Shown: positions 50,924-63,640 of the stretch, one piece after another | How positions within the stretch are numbered: the stretch's first letter is position 1 | Layout: every line of letters starts with the position of its first letter | Assembly (NCBI GenBank): GCA_951406725.2 | Contig: OX597822.1 | Span: forward strand, 24,118,001 to 24,182,000 | Direction: 5' to 3' | Length of the DNA: 64,000 nt | Origin: Octopus vulgaris | Lineage: Eukaryota | Made by a program: the position numbers and the translations under genes | Notes under the pieces: generated by a model | Told to the model about the DNA's origin: nothing | What the model saw: only the letters and a program-made list of their open reading frames with translations | Database searches by the model: none

Positions 50924-51506
50924 CGTGTGTGATAAAACTTCTTTGCTTGGGTCAAGAGAGTTCCCTAGGATACTTGTGAAAATGCGAGGGGATTAACATG
51001 TGTGTGTGTTTATAAGTGTATGCATAGATATACTTGACCTCATGTATTGAGTGCATGTGATTATATACATGCTAAAAGGCACATACATATCATTGTAAGT
51101 ATTCTAGGCAACTCAAACAGAATATTTTGTTATGGTTTTATAAATAGTCTTCACTACATCACCAACTGACAGGATTTGAAGGATATGAGTCAATTTGTTT
51201 CATTCTATTTTGGGAAAACTCAATATATACCTGGAATGGGCAGCGCCCTCTGAATGAAACTAATTGTTCATCAACTGTCATACATGAACTTGGAACATAT
51301 CCATCTTGCAAATTCTGATTCCACATTTCAAATACTTCTCTCATGGACTCCAATTTATCATCACTTCTCTTTTTTCTTCTTGCACGAGCATCATCAAAAC
51401 ACAATACTTGTAAAATTTGTTGAAATCTTCCCCAGCTCATAATTTTGTTGAATATTGGGTGGCCATCTTCTTGACTCCATAATTGTGTGACATTTTCAAG
51501 TTTAGA

Positions 51507-51670
51507 TTTTTTTTTCTCTGTAGTTTCAGCTCAGAGCTGTGGCCATGCTGGAGCACCGCCATTAAAATGTGTGAGGCTTACAGCACCTAGGTTTCCCAAG
51601 TGATCACCCATCTAATTACTACCTAGGCTTGACGTTGCTTAACTTCGGTGATCGAACGAGAACCGGTGCA
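51507..51670 (-). mobile_element. 5S rRNA-derived SINE (SINE3-like), 5'-truncated
   Basis: 51670-51576 reads GCACCGGTTCTCGTTCGATCACCGAAGTTAAGCAACGTC...GGGAAACCTAGGTGCTGTAAGC (5S from about nt 25 to the end). It is followed by the LINE-like tail GGCGGTGCTCCAGCATGGCCACAGCTCTGAGCTGAAACT and an A-tract. Confidence 0.85.
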
Positions 51671-51764
51671 AAAGACCTATAAGAATAATGAGTCCAATAA
51701 AGTTCTTTAGTTCAGAGTGATCAATTTCCTTCCAATTTTTTTTTTTTTTTTTTTTTGTAAACAA

Positions 51765-52162
51765 GGCGCAGGAGTGGCTGTATGGTAAGTAGCTTGCTAA
51801 CCAACCACATGGTTCCGGGTTCAGTCCCACTGCGTGACATCTTGGGCAAGAGTCTTCTGCTATAGCCCCGGGCCGACCAATGCCTTGTGAGTGGATTTGG
51901 TAGACGGAAGCTGAAAGAAGCCTGTCGTATATATGTATATATGTGTGTGTGTGTGTGGGCTTGTGTGTCTGTGTTTGTCCCCCTAGCATTGCTTGACAAC
52001 TGATGCTGGTGTGTTTACATCCCCGTCACATAGCGGTTCGGCAAAAGAGACCGATAGAATAGGTACTGGGCTTACAAAGAATAAGTCCCGGGGTCGATTT
52101 GCTCGACTAAAGACGGTGCTCCAGCATGGCCGCAGTAAAATGACAGAAACAAGTAAAAGAGT
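51765..52162 (+). mobile_element. SINE family A copy inserted into the piggyBac transposase
   Basis: Full length. Interrupts WTNVEGQ / YKK...NWKEID. Confidence 0.9.
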
Positions 52163-54084
52163 AACCTGACCTTCAACATTTGTCCATTTGCGAATTACTT
52201 CAAGAAGATTCTGGCACATAAAGATAGTAAAGCATGTTTCAATGCTATCGCAAGACCTTTCAGCAAAGCAGAATGGTCCACATTCTTGTCACACAGTATT
52301 GCAAGATGAAGTTCTTACTGCTACTTGAATAAGAGGATTAGAATGCCAAACATCTTGTCTGTCTCTAGAAACATATTGCTAATTCATAATTGGGTGTCTT
52401 GCAGATAATTGTTTTTGAGTATCTTCATCATCTGATGACAAAGAACCTAAACTGTCCAGCACACAATCACTTTCACCACCATCTTCAGAGCAATAGAAGG
52501 AATCACTACTATCTTCTTCCCATTCTTCATCTAATTCCAATAAACTTTTTGATATTTGGTCTTCACTCAAGTTTTTACGTCTATGCATTTTGGAAAGCAC
52601 AACTGAACTATATGAAACTTAATAGCAGACTAAAGGCAGATATTGCTCTCTCACATATTTATACTCTCCTGAAAGATGATGCAATATCTTGTAAGAATTG
52701 TGTCATGACAGAAATATTGTGTCACCCTATAACCTAGCAGATTGAAGGTGAAGCAATACCACACAAATTTACAGGAATATTTCCATAATTTTTCCTAATT
52801 TATCTAAAATTTGGCAAATAAATTGAATACTATTTTATCTATTTTATATCTGATAAATATCTAGGAAAATAATATTTGATACGACTTTTATTCTGTTTAG
52901 AATGACAAGAGTATTGTCTGAATTTAATTTGAGGGTCCAATGAACCTATACAGTAATTAATGTATAAAGTGAAATTTTCTAGCTTTTATAAACATAAGGA
53001 AAATTTCCCATTTGACAAATAAAAGAGAATCAAGAAAAAATAAGAGTCACGAGAAATCAGCAGAATCAAATAATATAAATAATAGTAAAAAGCAACTGAA
53101 AAAACTGAATTGGGTCCATTGGACCCATTGGTAGACAAAAGGTTAATAACACCCTTGGGTGTCTTTAGTGAAGTCAATACTGTTGCAAGTATATTAGCCA
53201 GGTGACTGGTCTGAGGATAATTTTCTCCTTTCCTCTCCCAAACCAGTGTATGTGTGAGTGAGAGAGAGAGGGGGAGAGTGTGTATATGCATAAGTGTGCA
53301 TGAATGTGTGTGTATGCCTGTAAGCTTGTATATCTGTATGTATGTATGCATGTATTATGTATGTCTGTATACAAGTATGTATGTATGTATGTATGTATGT
53401 ATCTCTTATTATAAAAGGCAGATTTTATCTGCCTCCCTTTGGGAGTTATACAAATCTACAATATAGGATTTCTTCAATTACAATTTACCTAGCAGTTTTG
53501 AGAGTACAATGCATCGCGTCATGCCAGGTCCAGTTTTTAAAATTTAAACTCCAATTAAGCAAAATTTACAGAAAACTCACATTCTGGTGTGTGTGTCAAA
53601 TGCTTTTCTTAGTCTGGTTTACACCACACGCAAACGCACACACACAGTGGGCAACGAATAAAATGAAAGTAAATAGCGACAGAGAGATTTGAGGAAGACT
53701 AAAGTGAAAGTATTCTGTCCATGACGCTGATAGATACATGAGTAAAATGTATGGGAAGCTAAGAGCTAAGAGTGAGTGAAAATGTTCTTGGAAGAGAGTA
53801 ATTAGTAATAAAGTAAACATACACTCATACATACATACATACATACATACATACATACACACACACACATACACACACACACACATACATACATACACAC
53901 ATACATACATACATACATATACATACATACATACATATACATACATACATACACACACACACATACACACACACACAGTATTGAAGCTTGAGAACAATCA
54001 GATACATTTGCAACACATCTGTTGAAAATATTATTGTTCACACACATACATATACATATATACATACAGACAGACAGACAGATA

Positions 54085-54118
<34 letters not shown>

Positions 54119-54169
54119 ATCCAGCATGGCCACAACCTCAAGGCTGAAACATATAAAAGAATAACAGAA

Positions 54170-54530
54170 TATAAATGTGTGCAAAGTACAAGAAATATTA
54201 ATGCAGTATATGGGGATTGGACAATAAGCGTAAGGCAGTGTCAATGGTGGTTCCAGAAATCCCGAGCCATAAACTACAGCCTAGAAGACGAGCCTCATCC
54301 TGAAAGATCTGTAGAACTCGACAAGGACATCCTGAAAACCCTGGTGGAACAAAATCTCATCGTAACTGTTGAGGAACTAGCAGAGAAGCTTGGATTTGGT
54401 CATTCAACCATTCATTGAGACCTGTGTGCTATCGGAAAAGTCAGCAAATTGGGTCAATGGGTTCCTCACGAACTTTCCGAGTCTAATTGCATGCAGAGAG
54501 TGAATGTATGCTTTTCTTTGCTGTCATATC
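54170..54530 (+). mobile_element. mariner transposase N-terminal remnant
   Basis: WFQK...SLEDEP...EELAEKLG..HSTIH, a stop, then KLGQWVPHELSE (mariner WVPHEL linker). Confidence 0.88.
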
Positions 54531-54553
54531 TCACCACTACTGCGCTATGTATA

Positions 54554-55189
54554 TCTATATATATAAAACTGTAGTTGTGTGAGTGTCTGTCCCCTTCGAT
54601 TTAGATTCCTAACTACTCCCACATTTTGCGGTACAGTTTAACCAAATTCGGGTAGCTTATAGTCGTGATTCATATCGAGCCCGTCTGAATATTAGCGCGC
54701 GTCTACGATGAGTCTACGATTTTAAAAATAATTTAACATCATTTTTTATTCCATTTTAATGCATAATTTTTCGTGTGTCGATGGCCGCGGAGTTGGCGTC
54801 CACGCTCACACCTGCACCTGTGGGGAAGGGAGTTTAAGGAAATCAACGTCGTAATGCGTTGTCAAGGAGACCAGTGTTCTTTTAGAACAACGACTTCATG
54901 GCTTGAAGACACCAAAACAGAAATGGCTAAGAAAGCGTCTACATGAGTCTACGATTTAAAAAAAAATTTACCATCGTTTTTTTTCCATTTTAATGCATTT
55001 TTTCGCTATTATATAAGGGAAGTAACTCTCTAAAAATGTCTACGATGAGTCAACGATTTTAAAAAAATTTACCATCATATTTTTTCCATTTTTAATGCAT
55101 TTTTTGCTATTTTTTGGCTATAACTCTCTAATAATGCTTATATAGTTATTTCCCTTACAAACCCGAGCAACGCCGGGCGATACTGCTAG
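54554..55189 (+). mobile_element. Non-autonomous Helitron-like element
   Basis: 5' A|TCTATAT, 3' hairpin CCCG.GCAACGCCGGG then CTAG|T. Three to four internal repeats of GTCTACGATGAGTCTACGATTTTAAAA. Confidence 0.8.
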
Positions 55190-55756
55190 TACAAGTATGT
55201 ATGTATGTATGCATGTATTATGTATGTCTGTATACAAGTATGTATGTATGTATGTATGTGTGTGTGTGTGTATGTATGTATGTATATATGTCTGTATACA
55301 AGTATGTATGTATGTATGTTGTATGTATGTATGTATGTATGTATGTATGTGAGTGTGTGTGTGTGTGTGTTTTGTATGCATGTGTCATATCAAGATACAA
55401 TGATTGAAACAAGTAAAAGACAAAAGATTCTATCTTTTACTTGTTTCCGGCATTAGATCGTGGCCATGCTGGGACACTGCCTTGAAGAAGATTTTAGTCA
55501 AATGAGTCAATGCCAGTACTTATGTCTTTTTTAAGCCTTGTACTTATTCTATCAAACCCTTTTTGTTGAACCGCTAAGTTGCAGGAATGTAAACAAACTA
55601 ACACCAGTTGCCAAGTGGTATTTAGGGACAAACATAAATACAAACACATACATACAATGAGCTTTTTCAGATTTCATCTACATGTATGCATGCATGGATG
55701 TACACATATTTCATTATGTATGTATAGTCTGTATGCATGTACTCTATGTGTGTATT

Positions 55757-56092
55757 GAAGGTGCATGGCTCAGTGGTTAGAGCATTGAGCTTACAATCGT
55801 GAGGTTGTGAGTTCGAATCCCGGACTGGGCTGCATATTGTGTTCTTGAGCAAGACACTTTATTTCACATTGCTCCAGTTCACTCAGCTGTAGAAATGAGT
55901 TGCGACGTCACAGGTGCCAAGCTGTATCGGCCCCTTTGCCTTTCCCTTGGATAACACTGGTGGCATGGAGAGGGGAAGCTGGTATGTGTGAGCAACTGCT
56001 GGTCTTCCATAAACAACCTTGCCCGGACTTGTGCCTGGGAGGGTAACTTTCTAGGTACAATCCCACAGTCAGTTATGACCGAATGGGGGTCT
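55757..56092 (+). mobile_element. tRNA-derived SINE (family E head, third tail type)
   Basis: TGGCTCAGTGGTTAGAGC...GAGTTCGAATCCC and TTCTTGAGCAAGACACTTTATTTCAC. Confidence 0.8.
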
Positions 56093-56878
56093 CAGGTCTC
56101 ATGTATATATCTATATACAAGTGGGTATGTGTGTGGGTATGTATGAATGTATGTATATACATATGTATATCTGCCTGTAACAGGACTTATACATCATCAG
56201 AAGATATCATCTACTCTCAACAGGTGGGATACCTTGGATCGCCATCTCAGTCTATCATGCGCTACCATTTACTACATGAAATACCATTAGAAGCATGAAA
56301 AAACATCAGACACCCACAACTTAAAATTTAATAACAGACTTCTGTAATGTAGTATATGATAGAGCCCACATTATCAACTGAGATGAAACAATGTATCTTT
56401 GTTCCATTACTAAAAAAATAATAAATAAAGCTTTTGACTACACAGGGGTTACTTCATATATTCAATTCTTTTTGTTATATTTCTGTTGAAATGGTCTGCA
56501 TTCATTTCAATTAATTTGGGAAACAATGCAGAGTTTAGTAAAATAGCTCTATCCTTATTAAGTGTGTGTTTGGGACATAATATAACATGACAGTTTGATG
56601 GAAGGTTTTCATTTAAATCACTTTAACCTTTTTGTTATGATATTTCTGTTGAAATACACCATGATTGTTCCAATAAATCTTGAAAATAGTGGAAAATCTA
56701 GTAAAGAAACATCATCATACTTAAACAGGTGTTTGGAACATAAATCAACGCATGAAATATTTGGTAGAAGAAGGCTTTGATTTAAATCACTTTAGCACTT
56801 TCTATGTTTCAATTGATCTTGAAAATAATGAAGAATTTAACATAACTTTGTAGTATATATATATATGTGTGTGTGTGT

Positions 56879-57179
56879 GGAGGCGCAATGGCCCAGTGGT
56901 TAGGGCAGCGGACTCATGGTCGTAGGATCGTGATTTCAATTCCCAGACTGGGTGTTGTGAGTGTTTATTGAGCGAAAACATCTAAAGCTCCACGAAGCTC
57001 CGGCAGGGGCTGGTGGTGATCCCTGCTGTACTCTTTCGCCACAACTTTCTATCATTCTTTCTTCTGTTGGCCTGCTTGCTTAGCCAGCGAGATGGCATCA
57101 TTCGAAGGCTAAAACAAGCGAAGCGCATTGTGACCAACGATGTGTAGCAACATCTGATAGCCTGGTTGGTCACGGTGAT
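56879..57179 (+). mobile_element. SINE family B copy
   Basis: Same head and tail as 574-866. Confidence 0.85.
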
Positions 57180-57759
57180 ATATATATATATATAAAACTG
57201 AGAATGTATCTGTCTGTCTGTATGTGCGCATCACTAAAACTCAAGAACTACCCAACAGATTTGATTCAAATTTTACACATGCCTGACTTAGGGTCTATGC
57301 AGTGTCATGGGTCCAAAAATATTTTCGACTTCTTGCTTAATGCGAGCACAGAGCAATCTCTTATCTCTTACACTGTTTCCGTATTATGTATTGTGTCAAA
57401 AGTGAAACAATGACATCTCTATCAATGCTTTCACTATTATACGGTTTCAATTTCAATCACTTTCATTATGTATCTATATATATATATATATGTAATACTT
57501 TCATTTCTATTACTTTCAATATGTGTTCATATAATATGTATTTGTATATGTATGCATGTATATATGTGTGTGTGTGTATGTATGTATATGTATGTATACA
57601 TATGTATGTATATATATGCGTATATATATATGTATATATTTATGTATGTATATTCATGTGTATATATATATATATGTATATATATATCTATGTATATTTA
57701 TGTATATATATGTATGAGTATGTATATATATGTATGAGTATATATGTATGTATGTGTTA

Positions 57760-58260
57760 TATCATCATCATCATCATCATCATCGTTTAACGTCCGTTTT
57801 CCGCGCTGGCACAGGTTGGACGGTTCAACCGGGGTCTGGGAAGCCAGGGGCTGCACCAGGCTCCAGTCTGATCTGGCAGTGTTTCTAAAGCTGGATGCCC
57901 TTCCTAACGCCAACCACTTCACGAGTGTAGTGGGTGCTTTTTACGTGCCACCGGCACAGGTGCCAGGGGAGTCTGGCATCGGCTACAATCGGTTGGTGCT
58001 TTTAACGTGCCACCGGCACGGAAGCCAGTCGAGGCAGCGCTGGCATCGGCCACGTTCGGATGGTGCTTTTTATGTGCCACCGGCACAGAAGCCAGTCGAG
58101 GCGGTGCTGGCATCGGCCACATTCGGATGGTGCTTTTTATGTGCCATCGGCACAGGTATCACAACTACAATTTCCATTTGATTTTTATTTTGATGTTCAT
58201 GTACTTGACTCAATAGGTCTCCTCAAGCACATCGGGATGTTCTGGAATCCAAGGTACTTT
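57760..58260 (-). mobile_element. RTE 3' UTR copy
   Basis: (CAT)n end, core and 4 minisatellite units. Confidence 0.8.
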
Positions 58261-58804
58261 GAATGGGCAGGGGCTATGCGGGACTGGTGCAGATGTATAT
58301 ATGTGAATATATATGTATATATTCATATATATATGTGCGTAGAAAGAAGACTGTCATACATATGTGCATATTTGCGTGTGTGTGTTTCTACCCCCACCAT
58401 TGCTTGACAACCGATGTTGCTGTGTTTACATTCCTATAACTTAGCAGTTCACACTGATAGCATAAGTACTAGGCTTACAAAGAATAAATCTTGTGGTCGG
58501 TTTTTCAACCAAAGGCAGTGCTCCAGTATGGCCGCAGTCACATGACTGAAACAAGTAGAACAATAAAAAAACCATACCTATTGAGGCAAGTGAAATCAAA
58601 ATCACAGATAAGGAAAGGATGAGTAGACAACGGTCAAAGAATTTTTACCTCTAAATGCAACAAAGAGTGTATCACTCTCTTCCTTTCACCAGATAAAGGG
58701 CAAACCATATGATGCTTATGGGTAAAGTACAATATTATAGTAGCAACCCTCAAGCCCTGAATGTGGAGCATATGTGGGCAATGGAAAGAAATAAATCAAG
58801 TAAA

Positions 58805-59219
58805 GGATCTTTTCGGTTTGAACGGCAGTTTTTAAAAATAATTTCCACGTAACTAAACATTTTTAAACTTCGTATACTGGTAGAATGTGTTTATAAAACA
58901 TCTTTTTCTCTTGGTTTTATTGAGAAAATTCTATAGTTTGTAAGATATTTGTTGTTTTTTATTTCTGCAATTTCAACCAATCAATGACGTCAATTGAGGT
59001 AAAAAAAAAACATTCTGTGCCGTATGAATATGTCTCTCGTTTAAGAAACAGATTGGGTTTATTTACATTTCTCAAGAAAAAAAAGATACCCTTCCCCCCA
59101 CCGCTAACCCTAACCCTAAAACAGATTGAAATGCAATAGATCGATACTAGGGTTATAATTATGGGTGACAATTTCATATGACACCGCTAGAAAAACTGCC
59201 GTTCAAACCGAAAATATCC
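58805..59219. mobile_element. MITE with about 29-bp TIRs and 8-bp TSD (Merlin- or hAT-like)
   Basis: TIR GGAT(C/A)TTTTCGGTTTGAACGGCAGTTTTT. TSD CAAGTAAA at 58797-58804 and 59220-59227. Confidence 0.88.
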
Positions 59220-61275
59220 CAAGTAAACTCTGATGAATGACAGTGTGAATGACAGAGTACAGATATGTTAAGCCAAACCCTGGGCATAAGAGATAGCATC
59301 GTGTGCTAGATACAAGAGTGCACTGATAATCACATGTGATGTGCTTAAAGGATGATGGTTGGGTGAAAAAAAATGTGTGAACCTATGCAAATAGAAGGTA
59401 CTTGGGGACGGGAAAGACAAAAGATGTCGATATGTAAGGATGTGGGGGCTCTGAAAAAGGGAAGATGAAGGGGCGTGACAAATGGTGAGAGGGTGTGTTA
59501 AAATAGATTCATTCAACATAAGCAAGCATGATAAAACAGGACATAAAAAGTGATGCTAAAAATAACACGAATGTTTGTGTGTGTCTACGTTTGTATACAA
59601 AGAGACAGACAGATATGTATGTACACATACACACATAGACAGATAGATAGATATCCATACGTACAGAAATAGATACAGGCCATGTGTATAATATAAACAC
59701 ACAAATCAAGTTTTTAACGTATTCAAAAACAAAAATACCGAAGGACGTTTACGAGAAATATTGATATAAATACTTGAGCATACTCGTTTTGTTTTTATTA
59801 ATTTGTTTTATGTTTTCCGTTTTCTTGTTTTAGATTTTTATTTTCGCACACGAAACTCCATAATTCCGGCCCGCCCATAATTCTAGCAAACTTTGGCTTG
59901 ATCAGCTGGCAACGTTTACAAAGACGATATAGAATAGGAATATGTGTACATTGATAAAAGTTGAATTAAAAGTGTGCCATGTTTGTATTTGTTTACGCAA
60001 TCAATACACTCAACACAATGACACACAATGGTAGCGATCTGGCTTTTATTTCTCTTGATGTTTTCCTTGTGTGTGTGCGTGTGTGTGTTTTTGCCATACA
60101 ATATACATAAATATAACCGCACGAGTGCTAACCAAAAACTTCTTGACGGATGTACGCAACCCGGTTACTATTCCTCGTCGTAAGCTTTCGCTTAGTTTAT
60201 GCCGTTCTTCTCCCTCAAAAAATGAAAGTTTTTTTTTGTGTGTGTGTATATATATAGAGAGAGAGAGAAAGAGAGAGAGAGAGATGATGATGATGATATC
60301 AACTGTTGAATAATTTTGTTAATTTTGTCTGCTTGTCTAATCTTACTATTACATCATTATATGCCGTTATGAAATATATTAATACAAAAGTTATGTAACT
60401 AACAGCATGTTAGTTACTAAATGTATTTCATATTGCACAGAGATCGATTTAAAACTTATATTTCTCGGTTAAGTGTCGTCAAAAATATGTAACACTAATA
60501 TATTAAGCACCGTATTAAGGAATGGACACGTTGGGTAAATTGATAGAACCCACGAGTGCCAATTAATCTATTTATGCCGCGGCTTGTTGTCAATAAATAA
60601 ATGCTATTGGCCCCAATACATTGCTTCTCCCGGGAGCCTATAATAGTGTTAAGACGGACCCAGAATATATTGCAGCGATTAATTAACTTCCCTATGAAAA
60701 TTGATCACCTTGAGGAAATTGAGCCAACGAGGGGAGACCAGCTAAAAGTAGCAGCTAACTCTCACTTAAATCATATCCTACTGGAAAAAAATAATGACAC
60801 ATTAGATAATGTAATCTTAGATATAGTATGCCTGAAAATAAAACGGATGGTCACAGATGGAAAGTCTCTGGTTATAGTTTTGCAAGATAAGGGCTGGTTC
60901 GGTGCTAACAAGCAATCAACTATATATCACAAGGTCTGGGAATTGACAAACTGTTCTCATATATTTATGTTTTGTTTTCATATTGCCGGTCCTCTTAGTT
61001 ACCTTTATTCCATTCATGATTAATTAAATATGTAATACAATAGCGCTGATTCAATCGAACATCCCTTTTTAAAAATACTCGGAAGAAACCGATATTAGAA
61101 GGGGGATCTTTAAGGAAACAATAACTCGCAACTCATTATCAGTTTCGTTATCTAAATGTTAACAAGGGAGAGAGGTAACTCAAATGCAATAAAAGTAAAA
61201 GTACGAATTAAAAATAAAAGAAAACACCAAAGAAATTAAAGGGGCAATTATTGTTGTTGTTATTTTGATACTTAC

Positions 61276-61376
61276 TTATCAATTTCTTGTGCGGCAATTT
61301 TCCTTTTTTCGTACAATTTGTCGTTTAGGGCTCGCACGCAAGACACAGAGAGCGGAGAATGAGGTCTGTCTCCCAT
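61276..61376 (-). CDS. VAC14: VAC14 coding exon 1 ([34 protein letters not shown])
   Basis: Manual translation matches the conserved VAC14 N-terminus [15 protein letters not shown] at 61376-61374, GTAAGT donor, 101 nt, phase 2. Not in the ORF track. Confidence 0.95.
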
Positions 61377-62000
61377 ATTTCACTTTGTATAACTTATTCA
61401 CTGGTTATAATTCGATCTTTACCGCTTTCTGTTCCGTAAAATAAATCCGTTCATTCAGTCAAGAGGATCATTCTTCCATGTTGACGAAATATAAACTCAA
61501 CCGCTTACGCTATACATAAACAGACAGCTTTTTTTTTTTTTATTCCAGGAAATTGTTTCAGATTTGACTTTTCATTAAAATCTAAAATGAATGTAATTTA
61601 TTTGTTGTTGATACTGTTGCTGTCTTTTCCCCAAATACTTTCTTTCTTTTGGTGTGTTATCTTATATACTATTTTTATTCTTCCAAGTTGTAAGCGATCT
61701 CTAGATATTTTGTATCGTCTACAGTTTCACTTTTTTTTTTTAATCTTATGACTGACTGACAACTCTATAAACTAATGTAAATTATTCAAAGCGTTGGATC
61801 CTGTTTCATTTCCTGGTTTTAACTATTTCTCTTCACTTGAATTTCTTAGAATGTTAACACGATCTCATATCCACCGTCTCCTTCTGCGAAGAAAACTATC
61901 GTTCTGACAAAAACAACATCCAACGCGGTAGCCTCACAGCGGTTGACGTCGTTTAACCCTAGGTCAATCCTGATTGAACAAACCTATGACAACCCCTCCT
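61377..62000 (-). promoter_or_regulatory. Probable VAC14 5' UTR and proximal promoter
   Basis: Repeat-free DNA immediately upstream of the ATG, with visibly more CpG than the introns and a CRE-like TGACGTC near 61945. TSS not determinable. Confidence 0.4.
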
Positions 62001-62041
62001 CCCTCCTTTTTTTTGTTTTTTTGTTTTTTGACAATATACCC

Positions 62042-62273
62042 ATTTCTTTACTACCCACAAGGTGGCTAAACACAGAGAGGACAAACAAGGACAGACAAAC
62101 GGATTGAGTCGATTACATCGACCCCAGTGTGTAACTGGTATTTAATTCATCGATTCCGAAAGGATGAAAGGCAAATTCGACCTCGGCGGAATTTGAACTC
62201 AGAACGTAGCGGCAGACGAAATACGGCTACGCATTTCGCCCAGCGTGCTAACGCTTCTGCCAGCTGGCCGCCT
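62042..62273 (-). mobile_element. tRNA-derived SINE family D
   Basis: Head GGCGG..AGCTGGCAGAA...GAGTTCAAATTCCGCC and central GCCTTTCATCCTTTCGG block. Flanking repeat GACAATATA. Confidence 0.85.
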
Positions 62274-62872
62274 TATTATTTTTTTTAGACAATATATGGA
62301 GGATTACAATATTCAATGTGTGCGGGGGCTTTTTTTAACTGTAGGGTACAATCTGGGAGCGATTTGGTGACTCTTTTTAACAGATCGGAGAACCACGTAG
62401 AGGCTACTTCGGTCGTTCAACTTGTTAGAAATAGTCTCCCACTCCCCCAAAATACATTCCGCAAACCATTTTTTTTTACCTATGGACCCCTTTTTGGTAA
62501 ATCTTTATATTAACACCCGCACGATTTTCAATAAGGTAATAAAAAAGAAAAGCTTGGATTTTTTGCGTGGAATCAAGTACCCTGACCTCCTAATATGCTG
62601 TAAATCCCTTATTTTGTTTCGGAAAAAAGTGCGTTGGGGGCAGGTAATAACGAACCATGTAATTCACACTCTGGAAAATTTATTTCTGTAAATTTTTTCT
62701 CTTAAACACACAAGATATAGTCTATAAATTTAGGATGTTTTTTGAAAGATACAATATACTTCCTCTCACAACAATTAAGATATATTTATTTTAAAGCGTT
62801 CAGCTTTCTCACCCCCTCCCCAACAAAAAAAATTAGTTTCGGCGCGATTTTTATTTTTATTTTTTTCCTTAT

Positions 62873-63270
62873 AGACGTAGGAGTAGCTGTGTGCTAAGTA
62901 GCTTGCTAACCAACCACATGGTTCCGGGTTCAGTCCCTCTGCGTAGTACCGTGGGCAAGTGTCGTCTACTATAGCCTCGGGCGGACCAGAGCCTAGTGAG
63001 TGGATTTGGTAGGCGGAAACTGAAAGAAGCCCGTCATATGTATGTGTGTGTTTGTGTGTCTGTGTTTGACTCCCACCCACCCCAACATCGCTTGACAACC
63101 GGTGATGGTGTGTTTACGTCCTCGTAACTTAGCGGTTCGGCAAAGGAGACCGATAGAATAAGTACTAGGCTTACAAAGAATAAGTCCTGGGGTCGATTTG
63201 CTCGACTAAAAGCGGTGCTCCAGCATGGCCACAGTCAAATGACTGAAACAAGTAAACGAGTAAAAGAGTA
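62873..63270 (+). mobile_element. SINE family A copy
   Basis: Same family. Confidence 0.88.
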
Positions 63271-63486
63271 GTGAAAATCGTGCGGGTGAAAAAGATCAAT
63301 GGGGGTGGTGGTGAAATTTCCGAGGCTTCCACCTCACCCCAACCCGTTTTTCGGATCCATAAAAGAGTTTTGTAGCATATTAGGGGGTCACAGGAATTCT
63401 TCAACGAAAAAACAAAAAACAACTTTCAATGATTCTGGGATGAGGGGGTCCCCCTTTCCCCTCTCTTTCGAACCAAAATAAGGGAT

Positions 63487-63640
63487 TTGCAGCATATTCT
63501 TGCCTTCCCTATCTCATACCTGGTTGAATCTGGTTTTAAACATGTTGGAACTTTATTTTCCCTCAAAAGAATTGAACGAGGAAACTTGCGGCTAAAGTTG
63601 ACAAGTTTGAAACCAAATGTATCTGCACTTAACTGCATCG
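63487..63640 (+). mobile_element. hAT transposase C-terminal dimerisation-domain remnant
   Basis: AFPISYLVESGF...ERGNLRLKLTSLKPNV. Confidence 0.65.

Larger units (their letters stand above)
51220..53142 (-). mobile_element. Degenerate piggyBac transposon (left end and N-terminal half of transposase) with two nested SINEs
   Basis: TTAA at 53143-53146, then CCTTTTG...TGGGTCCAATGGACCCA terminus. Acidic N-terminus (52600-52379), ELKNFIGLIILIG, MSWGRFQQILQVLCFDD and TVDEQLVSFRGRCPF. Internal stops. Confidence 0.9.

Noticed and set aside
51576-51670. Functional 5S rRNA gene
   Set aside because: It lacks the first about 24 nt, is diverged, has no T-run terminator directly after it, and is fused to a retroposon tail.
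55757-55830. tRNA genes (also the heads at 574, 35945 and others)
   Set aside because: A/B boxes are present but there is no proper acceptor stem, and each continues into a SINE body.
60601-61023. 140-aa plus-strand ORF in VAC14 intron 1
   Set aside because: No recognisable domain or splice structure. It cannot be supported without expression or homology data.
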